NCBI GenBank assembly: GCA_965250285.1
Contig: OZ252299.1
Coordinates: 2,208,001-2,272,000 of the forward strand
Direction: 5' to 3'
Source: Myxococcota bacterium
Lineage (GTDB): Bacteria; Myxococcota_A; UBA9160; UBA4427
Length of the DNA: 64,000 nt
The position numbers and the translations under genes were made by a program. The number at the start of each line of letters is the position of its first letter. Position 1 is the first letter of the stretch. This document shows, piece by piece, positions 19,327-29,892 of the stretch. The notes beneath the pieces are model-generated. The model searched no databases and was not told the origin of the DNA. It was given only the letters and a program-made list of their open reading frames with translations.

Positions 19327-19516
19327 GGCGCCAGCCTACACCAGCGCCGCGCGGACGTGGGCCTCGACGAGGGCGTTGCGCTCTCGGCGACCCACTCCAG
19401 GGCGCAAAGTCGATCCACTCCCTGCGCGGATCGACACGGCGCGCCGCCTCGATCGACGGCTATGCTGCGCAAGCGCCCGGCGGGCGCGAATCCCCTCGAT
19501 CCCATCCGGAGTCCCC

Positions 19517-20422
19517 ATGTCCTACGAGCAGATCAGCTACGCCGTCGAGAACGGGCGCGCGCGCCTGAGCCTCAATCGACCCGACAAGCGCAACGCGCTC
19601 TCGGACAAGCTCCTCGACGAGCTCGAACACGCCCTGTGGGAGGCGGACGATGATCGCGACGTGCACTGTGTGATCCTGAAGGGCGCGGGCAAGGCGTTCT
19701 GCGCGGGGTACGACCTCGACCCGAGCAACTACCAACGAAAAGACGATGGCATCAAGCGCCGGACGGGCGCCACGATCGACGACGACATGTGGATGCTCGA
19801 ACGTCGGCAGCGCCGGATGCGCGCGATCTGGGAGATGCACAAGCCGGTGATCGCCCAGGTGCACGGTCACTGCCTCGCCGGCGGCACCGACCTCGCCTTC
19901 TATTGTGATGTGGTGATCGCGGCCGACGACGCCAACATCGGCTTCCCCCCGGCGCGCAATCTCGGCGCGCTGCCCAATCAGATGTGGGTCTACAACTGCG
20001 GCCCGCAGTGGGCGAAGCGCCTGCTGCTCACCGGCGACACGATCAGCGGCGCGGATGCAGCCGAGATCGGGCTCGTCCTCAAATCGGTCCCGCCCGACAT
20101 GCTCGAGGCCGAGGTCGAGGGCCTCGCCGACCGAATGGCCCTGATCGACCCCGACCTGCTCTCGGCCAACAAGCGGATCGTGAACGCGGGGGTCGACCTG
20201 ATGGGCGCGACCGTGCTGCAGCGGCTGGCGGCCGAGAACGACGCCCGCGGCCACCGTGCCCCGGGCACGAAGGCGTACTTCAAGGCCGTCGCCGAGCACG
20301 GGCTCAAGGGCGCGTTCAAGGAGCGCGACGCCAAGTTCGGGGATGGTCGGGTTCGAGTGCGTGGGCCCGAGGTGCGGGACGCAGAGGGACGGCTCCTGCC
20401 CTGGCCGCCCGAAGACGCCTGA
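19517..20422 (+). CDS. Crotonase/enoyl-CoA hydratase family protein
   Basis: LNRPDKRNAL, FCAGYDL, KPVIAQVHGHCLAGG; ATG at 19517. Confidence 0.92.
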   Translation: MSYEQISYAVENGRARLSLNRPDKRNALSDKLLDELEHALWEADDDRDVHCVILKGAGKAFCAGYDLDPSNYQRKDDGIKRRTGATIDDDMWMLERRQRRMRAIWEMHKPVIAQVHGHCLAGGTDLAFYCDVVIAADDANIGFPPARNLGALPNQMWVYNCGPQWAKRLLLTGDTISGADAAEIGLVLKSVPPDMLEAEVEGLADRMALIDPDLLSANKRIVNAGVDLMGATVLQRLAAENDARGHRAPGTKAYFKAVAEHGLKGAFKERDAKFGDGRVRVRGPEVRDAEGRLLPWPPEDA

Positions 20423-20461
20423 ACGCGCGCCCTCCCCCACGACGACGCTACCCTCGGCGCG

Positions 20462-21439
20462 ATGTCGACGAGCGAGCGAATCATCGAAGCGGTCCGACGC
20501 ACAAATGCCCTCGGCCTCTGCCTCTGCGTGTGGGCGCTGGGGATGGCGCTCTCTGCAGAACCGGCCCGGGCCGCGAGCCAACGTGTGCAGCAAGCGTACG
20601 CCGAGTACGTCGAACGACGTCAGGCGGACCAGCTCGCCGAAGCGCTCGGCCCGGCCAAACGGGCATACGACTACGCGCAGCAGGATCTCGGCGTCGACGA
20701 CGATCGCCTCGCGCTGACGGCGGCCGCCCTCGGTGCGCTCCTGCTCGACCTCGATCGCCCGGTCGACGCACTTCGCCCGCTGACGCATGCCCGCGAGCTC
20801 TACGATCATCAGCGCGGGCCCACGTCGGCGAAGTCGCGCACGATGCAGCGCCGAATCGCCGAGGCGAACCAGCGACTCGGACGCTACGAGGCGGCCGAGA
20901 AGACCTACCTCGATCTCATCGAACGCGCGAAGGGCGCCGAAGGTAACCCGACGGCCGAGCTCGCGGGTCTCTACTCGCGACTGCAGACACTGGCCGAGGA
21001 GGCCGGCGCGCTGCCGCGCTGTCGACGCTATGGCCTCGAGTCGATGAAGCTGTACCGCGCCTCCCGCGGCCCCGAGAGCCTGCCCGAAGGGCTCGTTGCC
21101 ATTCGCGTCGCCAACGCCATGTTCGAGTCGGGCGACATCGGCACCGGCCTCGACATGCTCGAATACGGAACGCCGATTCTCGAGAAGCGGCTCGAGGCGG
21201 GAGACCCCCAGCTCACCACGCTCTACGAGTTCGTCGTCGAGGTGTACGGGCAGATCGGTGATACGCAACGCGAGCGTCGGTATCGCGTGCGCCTCAAGAA
21301 GAACCAGAAGAAGGAGGCGGAGTTCGCGCGCAAGCGCGACGCGCAGCGAAGCGCCGGTGCGTCTTCGAACGAAGCGTCGGGCGCCGACGCCGAACCTGGC
21401 GATGTGATCGATGGGGACGCGAGCGGGCCGCCTGGTTGA
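20462..21439 (+). CDS. Exported tetratricopeptide-repeat protein
   Basis: Signal-peptide-like N-terminus; helical repeats such as IAEANQRLGRYEAAEKTY. Confidence 0.65.
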   Translation: MSTSERIIEAVRRTNALGLCLCVWALGMALSAEPARAASQRVQQAYAEYVERRQADQLAEALGPAKRAYDYAQQDLGVDDDRLALTAAALGALLLDLDRPVDALRPLTHARELYDHQRGPTSAKSRTMQRRIAEANQRLGRYEAAEKTYLDLIERAKGAEGNPTAELAGLYSRLQTLAEEAGALPRCRRYGLESMKLYRASRGPESLPEGLVAIRVANAMFESGDIGTGLDMLEYGTPILEKRLEAGDPQLTTLYEFVVEVYGQIGDTQRERRYRVRLKKNQKKEAEFARKRDAQRSAGASSNEASGADAEPGDVIDGDASGPPG

Positions 21440-21520
21440 TCCCGATCACCGCTCGGGGACGAGGGGCTGCGGTATGCTCCCGCGTCGCGTCGAACCCGGC
21501 CGGGTTCGTCCGGAGGACCG

Positions 21521-24500
21521 ATGCTGCACTTACGCCGCCGTCGCGAGCGCCCCGCCGCGTCGGCTCGCACCCGACCCGGCCCGCATTCGCGCCGCCGCCC
21601 CTCTGCCACGCTCGCACTCGGCCTCTCGGCCCTGACGCTGCTCGTGGGCCTCGACGCGCGCGCGGCCAACTTCATCGTCTTCAATCAGACCGACGATCTC
21701 GTCGTCGCGCCCGATGGCTCGCTGCGTCAGGCCGTGCGCGAGCTCGATCTGATCGGTGACGTCGACGAAAACTCGATCTTCTTCGACCTGCCCACGAACG
21801 TGCCCGTGCTGCTCGAAGGCGCGCTCCCCGACATCACGCGCAACGTCGAGATCATCTCCGATCCGCTCTTCGGCGGCACGGTGAGCAAGGCCGACCCCGA
21901 GCTCGCGTTCGACATTCTGCGCGTGGCGACGGGCACGACGATCCTCGACGGCGTCGTCCTCGAAGACGGCCCGATCACGGTCGGCATCGACGGGTCGGGC
22001 GGCACCGATCCGACCGAGGCGAGCGAGGCTCGGGTCGGCTTCCGGTACGCCGAGGGGACGCTCGTCGAGTTCGATCAGACGATCACGGGGCTCGGCGGCG
22101 TGATCAAGGAGGGGCTCGGCGAGCTCGTCCTGAGCGGCGAGAACGACTTCGAGGCCGGCCTCTTCGTGACCGAAGGCAGCGTCGTCGTCGATGCGCAGTC
22201 GCTCCCCGGCGACGCCACGGTCGAAGACGGCGGCCTGCTCGTCTTCTCGAACTTCGACCGAGATCCCGACTCGGACGACCAACTCGAAGACGAGATCTAC
22301 GCAGGCGAAGTCAACGGCGAAGGTTCGGTCCGCAAGATCGGCTTCCACGACCTCGAGCTGACCGGCGTCGGCCTGCTGCAGACGGGAGGCACCGAGATTC
22401 TCGAGGGCTCCATCACCGCGACCCCCGCCCAGTTTCCCGGCGATGCGACGATCGGAGCCGATGCGAACCTCGTGCTCGACGTGGCGGGGGACGAGACGTG
22501 GGCCGGCAACGCCGATGGCGAGGGCGCGATCGCCAAGGGCGGGGCCGGCCGCCTGACCCTCGAAGGCACGCACACCAACACGCTCGGCATCTTCGTCGGT
22601 CAGGGCAGCGTGCGCGGCGCGGCGGCCAACCTCCCCCCGCGCGTCGAGCTCGCCGACGTCGGGACCACCCTCGAGATCGATCAACCGACGTCGGGCCAGT
22701 TCGACGGCGTGATCACCGGCAGTGGTCCGGTCGAGAAGCACGGCGCCGGCACGCTCACCCTCGCTGGCCAGAACGACTACACGGGCGGCACGACCATTCT
22801 CCAGGGGCGACTGCGCGGGGGCCTCGCTTCGATCCCGGGCGACGTCGTCGTCGATCCGGCGCTCGACGGCACGAGCACGCTCGAGCTCGTCATCGACGAC
22901 ACGCGCACCGCGACCGGCACCTACTCGGGCACCGGCGCGCTGGTCAAGAGCGGCAGCGGCCGCCTCGTCTTCGACAGCATTCAGCCGCTGCAGGGCGCGA
23001 TCACGGTCGAGTCGGGCGCGCTCGAGCTGACGTCGACCGGTCGAATCGACGGCAGCGTGGGGGGCATCGGCATCGCGCGCGGCGGCGAGCTGACGGGCGA
23101 AGGTCAGGCGACGGGCGATCTGGCCGTGAGCGGTCGCGTGCGGCCTGGCTCGGGTCTCGGGACGAGCCTCACCGCCGCAGGCAACGCGACGTTCGACGTC
23201 GACTCGGTCCTCGACGTCGAAGTGCAGTACGACGTCGGCGTCGGCAATCAGTCGAGCCTGCTCGTCGGCGGCACGACCACGCTCGAGGGCGGCACCGTCG
23301 ACGTCGAGGTTCAGCCCGGCGACTACGGCACAGCCCGCGCGTTCGCGGTGCTCTCGAGCGGAGCGATCGTCGAGACCGCGCCCGTTCAGCTCACACCCGT
23401 CTACGCGTTCGTCGACGTGACGGCGGCCACCGTCGGCAACGTGCTCGAGGTGAGCGTCGTCGAGAACGGCGCGAACGCGGTCACCTTCGCGCAGACCGAG
23501 AACCAGTTTCAGGTCGCCAGCGCACTCGACCAGCTGGTCGCGACCGATTCGCTCGACGACGACGTGCAGCGCAGCCTGGTCTCGGTGACCGTCGAAGACC
23601 TGCCCCGCGTGCTCGATGAGATGGGCGCCGCCTCGCTGTCGGTGATGTTCACGCAGCGCATCGAGAGCGGGCGCCGGTTCTCCCGGGCCGTGGCACGCCG
23701 CTTCACGGCCGCTCGCTACGAGGATTCACAGCCGAAGCCGCTGCGACGCGCGCCCAGGCCTGTGCGGCGGCCGTCACCCCCGCCCGAAGATCGCGTGCCC
23801 ACCGACCGACTCCACGGCCCCGATCGCATGGGTGCCGACGCGCCGTCGCCGTCGCCCGCCCCCGCTCCCGAAACGCTTGAAGGATCGTCGTCGCCCGACG
23901 TCGTCGAAGAGTCGGCGCCGTCTTCGGGCGAACCCACCGCGGTCGAAGAAGCGGCGCCGTCATCGGGCGAACCCACCGCGGTCGAGAAAGCGGCGCCGTC
24001 GGCGCTCGATCCGCCGCCCGTCGAAGCTGGACCGGCCCACCGCGCCAAGCCGATCGGCGGGTCGCAGGCCGGGCTGGCACTGTGGGGCGACGTCTTCGGC
24101 GTGTTCGGCAAGATCGACGGCGGCGTCGAGAGCGAAGACGTGAAGACGCGACTCTACGGCTTCACCCTCGGCGCCGACTATCGATTTCAGGAGGGGGGGC
24201 TGCTGCCCGAGGGCCACGGTCTGCGCGTCGGGGGCGCCGTCGACTACGGGCGCGCTGCTCCGCGCGGCGAACGGGGTCGAACCGAGACGAAGGCCAACCT
24301 CTTCCTCGTCGGCGGCCACGTGTCGTGGACCCGTGGCCCCCTCTACGCCGGCCTCGTCGGGCGCTACGGCTACATGAATGGCGAGAGCAGCCGGCGCATC
24401 GTCTTCGGCGACATCGACTCGACCGCCCTCGGCGACTTCGACGGCCAGGAGGGAGGTCTCTACACCGAGGTCGGCGCGCGCTTCGACGTCGGTCGCAACG

Positions 24501-24922
24501 TGATCCTGCAGCCGCGCGCCGGCGTCGAGTGGTCGAGACTGTCCCAGTCGGCGTTCACCGAGACGGGCGCGCCCGGTCTGAACCTCGACGTCGACTCACA
24601 GACGATCGACTCGATCCGCCCCTTCGTCATCGCGAACATCGCGGCCGAGATGACGCTCTACGACCGGTTTGGGATCGAGCCCGAGCTGCGCATCGGCTGG
24701 GGCACCGAGCTCGGCGACATCGACCGACTGATCGATGCCCGGCTCGAGGGCGTCGGCTTCTCGTCGATTGGCGCCGAGACGGCTCGCAACGAAGCCCTGA
24801 TCGGGGCGGGCTACACGATGCGGGTCACGCGCGGCGTCGCGATCTCGCTCGAGTACGACGCCCGCCTCGGCTCGAAGATCGCGTCGCACTCGATCGCGGC
24901 GGGGCTCCACATGCTCTGGTAG
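21521..24922 (+). CDS. Type Va autotransporter with passenger-associated (PATR) repeats and Pro/Ser/Glu-rich linker
   Basis: Repeats like VEKHGAGTLTLAGQNDYTGGTTILQGRL; C-terminal beta-barrel (GFTLGADYR, SAFTETGAPGLNL) ending in W; start uncertain. Confidence 0.88.
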   Translation: MLHLRRRRERPAASARTRPGPHSRRRPSATLALGLSALTLLVGLDARAANFIVFNQTDDLVVAPDGSLRQAVRELDLIGDVDENSIFFDLPTNVPVLLEGALPDITRNVEIISDPLFGGTVSKADPELAFDILRVATGTTILDGVVLEDGPITVGIDGSGGTDPTEASEARVGFRYAEGTLVEFDQTITGLGGVIKEGLGELVLSGENDFEAGLFVTEGSVVVDAQSLPGDATVEDGGLLVFSNFDRDPDSDDQLEDEIYAGEVNGEGSVRKIGFHDLELTGVGLLQTGGTEILEGSITATPAQFPGDATIGADANLVLDVAGDETWAGNADGEGAIAKGGAGRLTLEGTHTNTLGIFVGQGSVRGAAANLPPRVELADVGTTLEIDQPTSGQFDGVITGSGPVEKHGAGTLTLAGQNDYTGGTTILQGRLRGGLASIPGDVVVDPALDGTSTLELVIDDTRTATGTYSGTGALVKSGSGRLVFDSIQPLQGAITVESGALELTSTGRIDGSVGGIGIARGGELTGEGQATGDLAVSGRVRPGSGLGTSLTAAGNATFDVDSVLDVEVQYDVGVGNQSSLLVGGTTTLEGGTVDVEVQPGDYGTARAFAVLSSGAIVETAPVQLTPVYAFVDVTAATVGNVLEVSVVENGANAVTFAQTENQFQVASALDQLVATDSLDDDVQRSLVSVTVEDLPRVLDEMGAASLSVMFTQRIESGRRFSRAVARRFTAARYEDSQPKPLRRAPRPVRRPSPPPEDRVPTDRLHGPDRMGADAPSPSPAPAPETLEGSSSPDVVEESAPSSGEPTAVEEAAPSSGEPTAVEKAAPSALDPPPVEAGPAHRAKPIGGSQAGLALWGDVFGVFGKIDGGVESEDVKTRLYGFTLGADYRFQEGGLLPEGHGLRVGGAVDYGRAAPRGERGRTETKANLFLVGGHVSWTRGPLYAGLVGRYGYMNGESSRRIVFGDIDSTALGDFDGQEGGLYTEVGARFDVGRNVILQPRAGVEWSRLSQSAFTETGAPGLNLDVDSQTIDSIRPFVIANIAAEMTLYDRFGIEPELRIGWGTELGDIDRLIDARLEGVGFSSIGAETARNEALIGAGYTMRVTRGVAISLEYDARLGSKIASHSIAAGLHMLW
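23903..24000 (+). repeat. 39-bp in-frame tandem repeat x2.5 (VEEAAPSSGEPTA) in the autotransporter linker
   Basis: Units start at 23903, 23942 and 23981. Confidence 0.9.
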
Positions 24923-24939
24923 CGGGCCCCCGGCCCGTC

Positions 24940-26166
24940 CTACGCGTAGCGCGCGCGCAGCGCGTCGGCGCCGAGCCCGGTGACGCCTTCGAGCGCCGTC
25001 AGCAGATCAGCCTCGTCGAGGTCGCTGGTCTCGAGCCGCCCCTGCAGCGCGCGCGCCGTCTCGAAGGCCTGGGTGGCGGTGTCGAGCATCCGCACGCGCG
25101 TCTTGCCGGTCTCGGGGTCGAGGATGTCATCGAATGGGATCGGCACGATGCGGGTGCCCTGCCGCGTGATCATGACGTTGCTCGCACCGTCGAGCATCGC
25201 CCGCACCGCACCGGCACCCAGATCGCGCGTGTACTCCTGGTCGAACGCACTCGGTGCTGCGCAGCGCAGCTCGTACCCGATGTCCTTCGTCACCATCGTC
25301 GTACCGAGGCCCACTTCAGCGAGCCCCAGCTGCACCTGATCCCGTACGAGCTTGCCAAGCGGCAGCTCGGCCAATCGAATGTGATTGTGTTCGTCGCGCG
25401 GCAGATCGGGGAAGTCCTCGAGGTCGGCCGCGTCGAGCAGCTCGCCGATGCCCTCGGCCAGCACCACGAGGCCATGGGGCTCGCCCTCGGCCGCGCGCTT
25501 GACGATCGCGCCCTCGATGATCCGTGCGAGCTCGGCCAATCGGATGCGACCCGAAGGAAACTCTTCTCGCACGATCGAAACCGTCGCGCCGGCGGCCTTG
25601 CCCGAGCCGAGAGCGAGGTGCCCGGCGTGGCGTCCCATCAACACCGTGAGGTACCAGCGCCGGGTCGTGCGGGCGTCTTCGAGCAGCGACGCGAGGATCG
25701 TCGCAGCGGTCGCGCGCGCGGTCTCGTAACCGAACGTCGGGATGTCGTTCGGCAGCGGCAGGTCGTTGTCGATCGTCTTCGGAACGTGCGCGACCTTGAC
25801 TCGACCGTCGGCCGCTTCGCCGACACAGCGCGCGCTGTAACAGGTGTCGTCGCCGCCGATCGAGATGAGGTGGTCGACGCCGAGGGCTCCGAGCGACTGC
25901 ACGACGCGTTCGAGGTTCGCGGGATCCTTCGTCGGATTGGCGCGCGACGTGTAGAGGATCGATCCCCCCTGCTGGTGGATGCGAGCCACGTCTTCGGCGT
26001 GCAGCGGAGAGGCGTGCGCAGTCTCGCCGGCCATCAGCCACCGGAACCCCTCGCGGATCCCGATCACGTCGTGCCCGCGCGCGCGGGCCATGAGCGTCGC
26101 GGCGGCGATCACGCCATTGATGCCAGGTGCGGGGCCGCCGCCCACCAGAATGCCGAACGTTGCCAA
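24940..26166 (-). CDS. pfp: 6-phosphofructokinase, probably PPi-dependent
   Basis: GGGPAPGIN, IGGDDT and PKTIDND (PPi-type Asp/Lys signature), MGR, GYELR; TTG start with GGGAGAG RBS. Confidence 0.88.
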   Translation of the reverse strand: MATFGILVGGGPAPGINGVIAAATLMARARGHDVIGIREGFRWLMAGETAHASPLHAEDVARIHQQGGSILYTSRANPTKDPANLERVVQSLGALGVDHLISIGGDDTCYSARCVGEAADGRVKVAHVPKTIDNDLPLPNDIPTFGYETARATAATILASLLEDARTTRRWYLTVLMGRHAGHLALGSGKAAGATVSIVREEFPSGRIRLAELARIIEGAIVKRAAEGEPHGLVVLAEGIGELLDAADLEDFPDLPRDEHNHIRLAELPLGKLVRDQVQLGLAEVGLGTTMVTKDIGYELRCAAPSAFDQEYTRDLGAGAVRAMLDGASNVMITRQGTRIVPIPFDDILDPETGKTRVRMLDTATQAFETARALQGRLETSDLDEADLLTALEGVTGLGADALRARYA

Positions 26167-26310
26167 GCCTGCTCTCCCGTCGTGATGCGATTCGAGCGCG
26201 CGGTCCCGCCGCGCGGGACCGGGAGTGTGAGTCGCCGCCCCATCCACCGCAAGGCAGTCGTCGACCCGAGCGATCGGCGTACCATGAGGCGCGAGCCGCG
26301 CGACGCCGCG

Positions 26311-27567
26311 CTACTCGAGCGTCGCGTACTCCGTCGACCGGTCGGCCGCCCGCTCGCCTCGCACCTCGGCGACCGAATCGCGCAGCGCCTCGAGGTAGTC
26401 GTCGATCACCCCGGTATTGCTGTTGCTGACCGTCGAGTGCAGCGAGTCGGGCGGCGCCTGTCGATCGTGGTACCAGCCGCGCGCCAGCAGGGCGTCGCCC
26501 ACGGCGAACGCGTCGACCGGCGCCCCGACACAGTCGGGGTCGTCGCTCATGGCGACGAGGTGGTATCGGGGATCGCCGAGCACGCGCACGCCGTCGATCT
26601 CGGCGATGCCGGCCCGCAGTCGATCGGCGTTCTCGAGCGTCTGCCGCGTGAGCGCGCAGTACCCTTCCATACCGAGATGCTGGATCACGGCCCAGGCGGT
26701 CGCCATGGGCAGCCCTGACCGCGTGCCCTGCAGGTTCGGAGACGCGTAGAAGCCGCCGAGCCAATCCTCGAACACGAACGTCTGATGGCGACGCAGCGCC
26801 TTGTTTCGGTGCAGGATCACCGACACGCCCTTCGGTGCGTAGCCGAGCTTGTGGATGTCGGCCGAGATCGAGTGCACGCCCTCGACCCGAAAATCCCACG
26901 GCGGCACGTCATGCCCGAGCTGCTCGACAAAGGGCAGCACGAAGCCACCCATGCACGCGTCGACGTGGCAGTTGGCGCCGACGGTCGCCGCCAGCTCGGC
27001 GATCGCGGGGATCGGATCGACGACGCCCTGCGGATACTGGGGGGCGCTGCCGACGCAGAGGATCGTGTTCTCGTTCACGTGCGCGGCCATCGCGTCGACG
27101 TCGGCCCGCCAATCCGGCAGCACCTTCGTCTTGCGCACGGTGATGCCGAAGAGATGCGCCGCCTTGTGGAAGGCCGCATGCGCGCTGTCGGCCACGACCA
27201 TCTCGGGCGCGCTGATCCCCCGCTCGTCAAGGCCGCGCTCGCGGGCCGCGAGCACGGCGCACAGGATCGACTCGGTCCCGCCGCTCGTCAGAAAGCCGGC
27301 CACGTCGGGCGGGCCGCTGAGCAACGCCGCCGTCCACCCGACCACCTCGCTCTGGATCTGACCGAGTGAGGGGAACGCCTTGGTATTGAGCGCGTTCTCG
27401 TGCAGGTACAGGGCCGCAGCCCGCGAGGCCACCTCGTGCACCGACGGTCCGCCGTCGTAGATCATCCCGAAGACGCGACCATCACTCCATTGCAGGTCGT
27501 TCGCGCGCTTCTCGTCGAGCTCGGCGATGACGTCGTCGACCGGGCGGGGCTTCGAAGGAAACTCCAT
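26311..27567 (-). CDS. PLP-dependent group II decarboxylase family, sphingosine-1-phosphate lyase-like
   Basis: TSGGTESI, SAPQYPQG, HVDACMGGF, SISADIHKLGYAPKG, GTRSG. Confidence 0.85.
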   Translation of the reverse strand: MEFPSKPRPVDDVIAELDEKRANDLQWSDGRVFGMIYDGGPSVHEVASRAAALYLHENALNTKAFPSLGQIQSEVVGWTAALLSGPPDVAGFLTSGGTESILCAVLAARERGLDERGISAPEMVVADSAHAAFHKAAHLFGITVRKTKVLPDWRADVDAMAAHVNENTILCVGSAPQYPQGVVDPIPAIAELAATVGANCHVDACMGGFVLPFVEQLGHDVPPWDFRVEGVHSISADIHKLGYAPKGVSVILHRNKALRRHQTFVFEDWLGGFYASPNLQGTRSGLPMATAWAVIQHLGMEGYCALTRQTLENADRLRAGIAEIDGVRVLGDPRYHLVAMSDDPDCVGAPVDAFAVGDALLARGWYHDRQAPPDSLHSTVSNSNTGVIDDYLEALRDSVAEVRGERAADRSTEYATLE

Positions 27568-27611
27568 TCAGCGTCTCTCCCAGAGCGGTGCGGATCGAGT
27601 CACGGCACCGG

Positions 27612-28817
27612 CTAGCCGATCGCGCCGCTCTCGCGGAGCTTTGCGATCTCTTCGGGCGTACGACCGAGCTCGGCCAACACCGCCTCGGTGTCCTGCCCGT
27701 GTTCGGGCGCCATGTGGCGGTGCTCGATCTGCGAGCGCCCGAAGTCGACCGGCGTCGCCGGCAGCATGGAGGTGGACGGACCGTCGGGAATCTCGGCGAA
27801 TCCGCCCGCCGCGAACACCTGCTCGTCCGCGAGGATCTCCTCGGACGTCTGCACCGGCGCCCACCAGAGATCGTCTTCGGCGTCGAAGATCGCGCCCCAT
27901 TCGGCGCGCGTCTTCGTCTTGAAGATCGCGTCGATCTCGCCGATCAGCTCCGACGCGTTCTGGGCGCGCGCCATCGGCGTGCCGTACGTCTCGCTGTCGA
28001 TCCACTCGGGGTGCCCGAGAGCGCGGCAGAGCGGAGGCCAGTGACGCTCGCCCTCGAGGCCCACGATCCAGAACCAGTGACCCGCGCTGTCCTGGTAGCT
28101 GTTGATCGCGGGGTTCGGCATCGCCGCGCGGTTCGCCTTCTGGATCGGTGCACCGAGCCGCAGCGCGAAGGCGAGGTCGAAGCTCAGCGTGTAGAGCCCC
28201 TCGCGCAGGAGCGACGTCGAGACGAGCTGACCCCGGCCGGTGCGGGCCCGCTCGACGAGCGCGGCCGACACCGCGCCGGCCAGCGCGAGCCCGGTGTTGT
28301 GGTCCCCCATGCCGCCGCGCTGAAACGGCGGCGGCTGATCGGGATAGCGCAGCGCCTCGGCGACGCCGGCCCGCGCCCAGAACGCGGCGATGTCGTACGC
28401 CGCCCGGTCGGCCTCGGGCCCATCGAGCCCGTACCCCGTGATCACGCCGTACACGAGCTTCGGATAGCGCTCGAGGAGTGAGCCGTGGTCGAGGCCGAGC
28501 CGCGCGAGTCCGGCGGGCCTCACGTTCGTCACGAAGACGTCGGCCTCGGCGAGCAGGTCGTGCACCACCGCCAGCCCTCCTTCGGTGCGTGCGTCGACGA
28601 TGACGCTCCGCTTGTTGCGGTTGTCCATCTCGAAGGGCGGGTTGAAGGGCAGATCGGCGCCGTACATCTTGCTGAAGCTGCGCGCCGGGTCGCCCATACC
28701 GGGGGGCTCGACCTTGACGACGTCGGCGCCCCAGTCGGCGAGGATGCCGCCGGCAGCCGGCGCCGCGACCCACACCCCCATCTCCACGACCTTGATGCCT
28801 TCGAGCGGTCCTGCCAT
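27612..28817 (-). CDS. Family III (CaiB/BaiF) CoA-transferase
   Basis: PLEGIKVVE, DWGADVVKVEPP, NRNKRS, GMGD. Confidence 0.92.
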   Translation of the reverse strand: MAGPLEGIKVVEMGVWVAAPAAGGILADWGADVVKVEPPGMGDPARSFSKMYGADLPFNPPFEMDNRNKRSVIVDARTEGGLAVVHDLLAEADVFVTNVRPAGLARLGLDHGSLLERYPKLVYGVITGYGLDGPEADRAAYDIAAFWARAGVAEALRYPDQPPPFQRGGMGDHNTGLALAGAVSAALVERARTGRGQLVSTSLLREGLYTLSFDLAFALRLGAPIQKANRAAMPNPAINSYQDSAGHWFWIVGLEGERHWPPLCRALGHPEWIDSETYGTPMARAQNASELIGEIDAIFKTKTRAEWGAIFDAEDDLWWAPVQTSEEILADEQVFAAGGFAEIPDGPSTSMLPATPVDFGRSQIEHRHMAPEHGQDTEAVLAELGRTPEEIAKLRESGAIG

Positions 28818-28853
28818 CGATTGCTCCTTCTTCGCGTCCGGTGTCGAGTGTAG

Positions 28854-29888
28854 TCAGTCTTCGATCGCGTCGATCAGACCGAGCGAGAGCGCTTCGGTCG
28901 CGTCGATCGTCCCACCGATCAGCGCCAGTTTCGCCGTCGCATGGCGGCCGATGCGCCGAGGCAGGCTGGCCGTGCCCCCGGCGCCGGGCACGAGCCCCAT
29001 CGAGAGCTCGGGCAGACCGAAGCGTGCATCCGGCGCGGCCGAAACGAAGCCGGCGAACGCGGGCAGCTCGACGCCGGCACCGAGACAGGCGCCATGCACG
29101 CGCACGCGCAGCCGGTCGGCCAGCTCGGCGAAGCGCCGCGCCGGGCTGCGGGTGGTGCGGATCAGGTGCGCGTTCGCGGTGTCCGAGAACGCACCGAACT
29201 CGTCGAGATCGCCGCCGCTGCAGAACGAGGCGCCGCGTCCACAGACGTGCACCGTCTCGATCGCGTCGTCGAAGCGCGCGACGTCGAGCGCCTCGCAGAG
29301 CGCGTCGCGCAGAGAAAGCGAGAGCGCATTGTGTCGGTCGGGTCGATTCAGCTCGAGGCACAGCGTCGCCCCGTCGCGCGACGCGACGACCGCGCCTTCG
29401 GGCGGATCCGGCGGAATCGCCCGCACCGGCCGCTCGGCGCGCCAGCGCGTGAACTCGGGCCCGCCCTGCAGGGTCGAGTACGCGAGCGACTCGGCGACGA
29501 GGTCTTCTTCGACGCTGCGCGCGAGGGAGCCCCGCAGCAGCTGCACGAGCGCGGTCGACGCGATCGGATTCGAAGCGAGCGTCGCGCGCACCGCCTCGAG
29601 CTCGGCCGCGCTCGTCACGCTCAGGTCGAAGGCGCGCAGGGGCGCCGTCCACTCAGCGGCGCCCTCCCCCTGCACCAGCGCCACGGTGACGCAGGCGAGC
29701 GAAGGCAGTCGGTCGAGTCCGAGGCGAGCCCGAGCGGCGTCGAGCCGGGGCGTCGGCCCACCTTCGAGGGGCCAATCGACGACGAGCAGCGGCGCGCCGT
29801 TCGCCGTGGCGAAGCGCTCGTGGGCGTCGGGGGATGCGAGCGCGTCCAGCGCTTCACCGAGCGAGAAGATCTCGGGCTCGGCGCCCAA
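28854..29888 (-). CDS. Enoyl-CoA hydratase/isomerase family protein with N-terminal extension
   Basis: LNRPDRHNAL, FCSGGDL, GACLGAGVEL, LPELSMGLVPGAGGT. Confidence 0.85.
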   Translation of the reverse strand: MGAEPEIFSLGEALDALASPDAHERFATANGAPLLVVDWPLEGGPTPRLDAARARLGLDRLPSLACVTVALVQGEGAAEWTAPLRAFDLSVTSAAELEAVRATLASNPIASTALVQLLRGSLARSVEEDLVAESLAYSTLQGGPEFTRWRAERPVRAIPPDPPEGAVVASRDGATLCLELNRPDRHNALSLSLRDALCEALDVARFDDAIETVHVCGRGASFCSGGDLDEFGAFSDTANAHLIRTTRSPARRFAELADRLRVRVHGACLGAGVELPAFAGFVSAAPDARFGLPELSMGLVPGAGGTASLPRRIGRHATAKLALIGGTIDATEALSLGLIDAIED

Positions 29889-29892
29889 GCGC

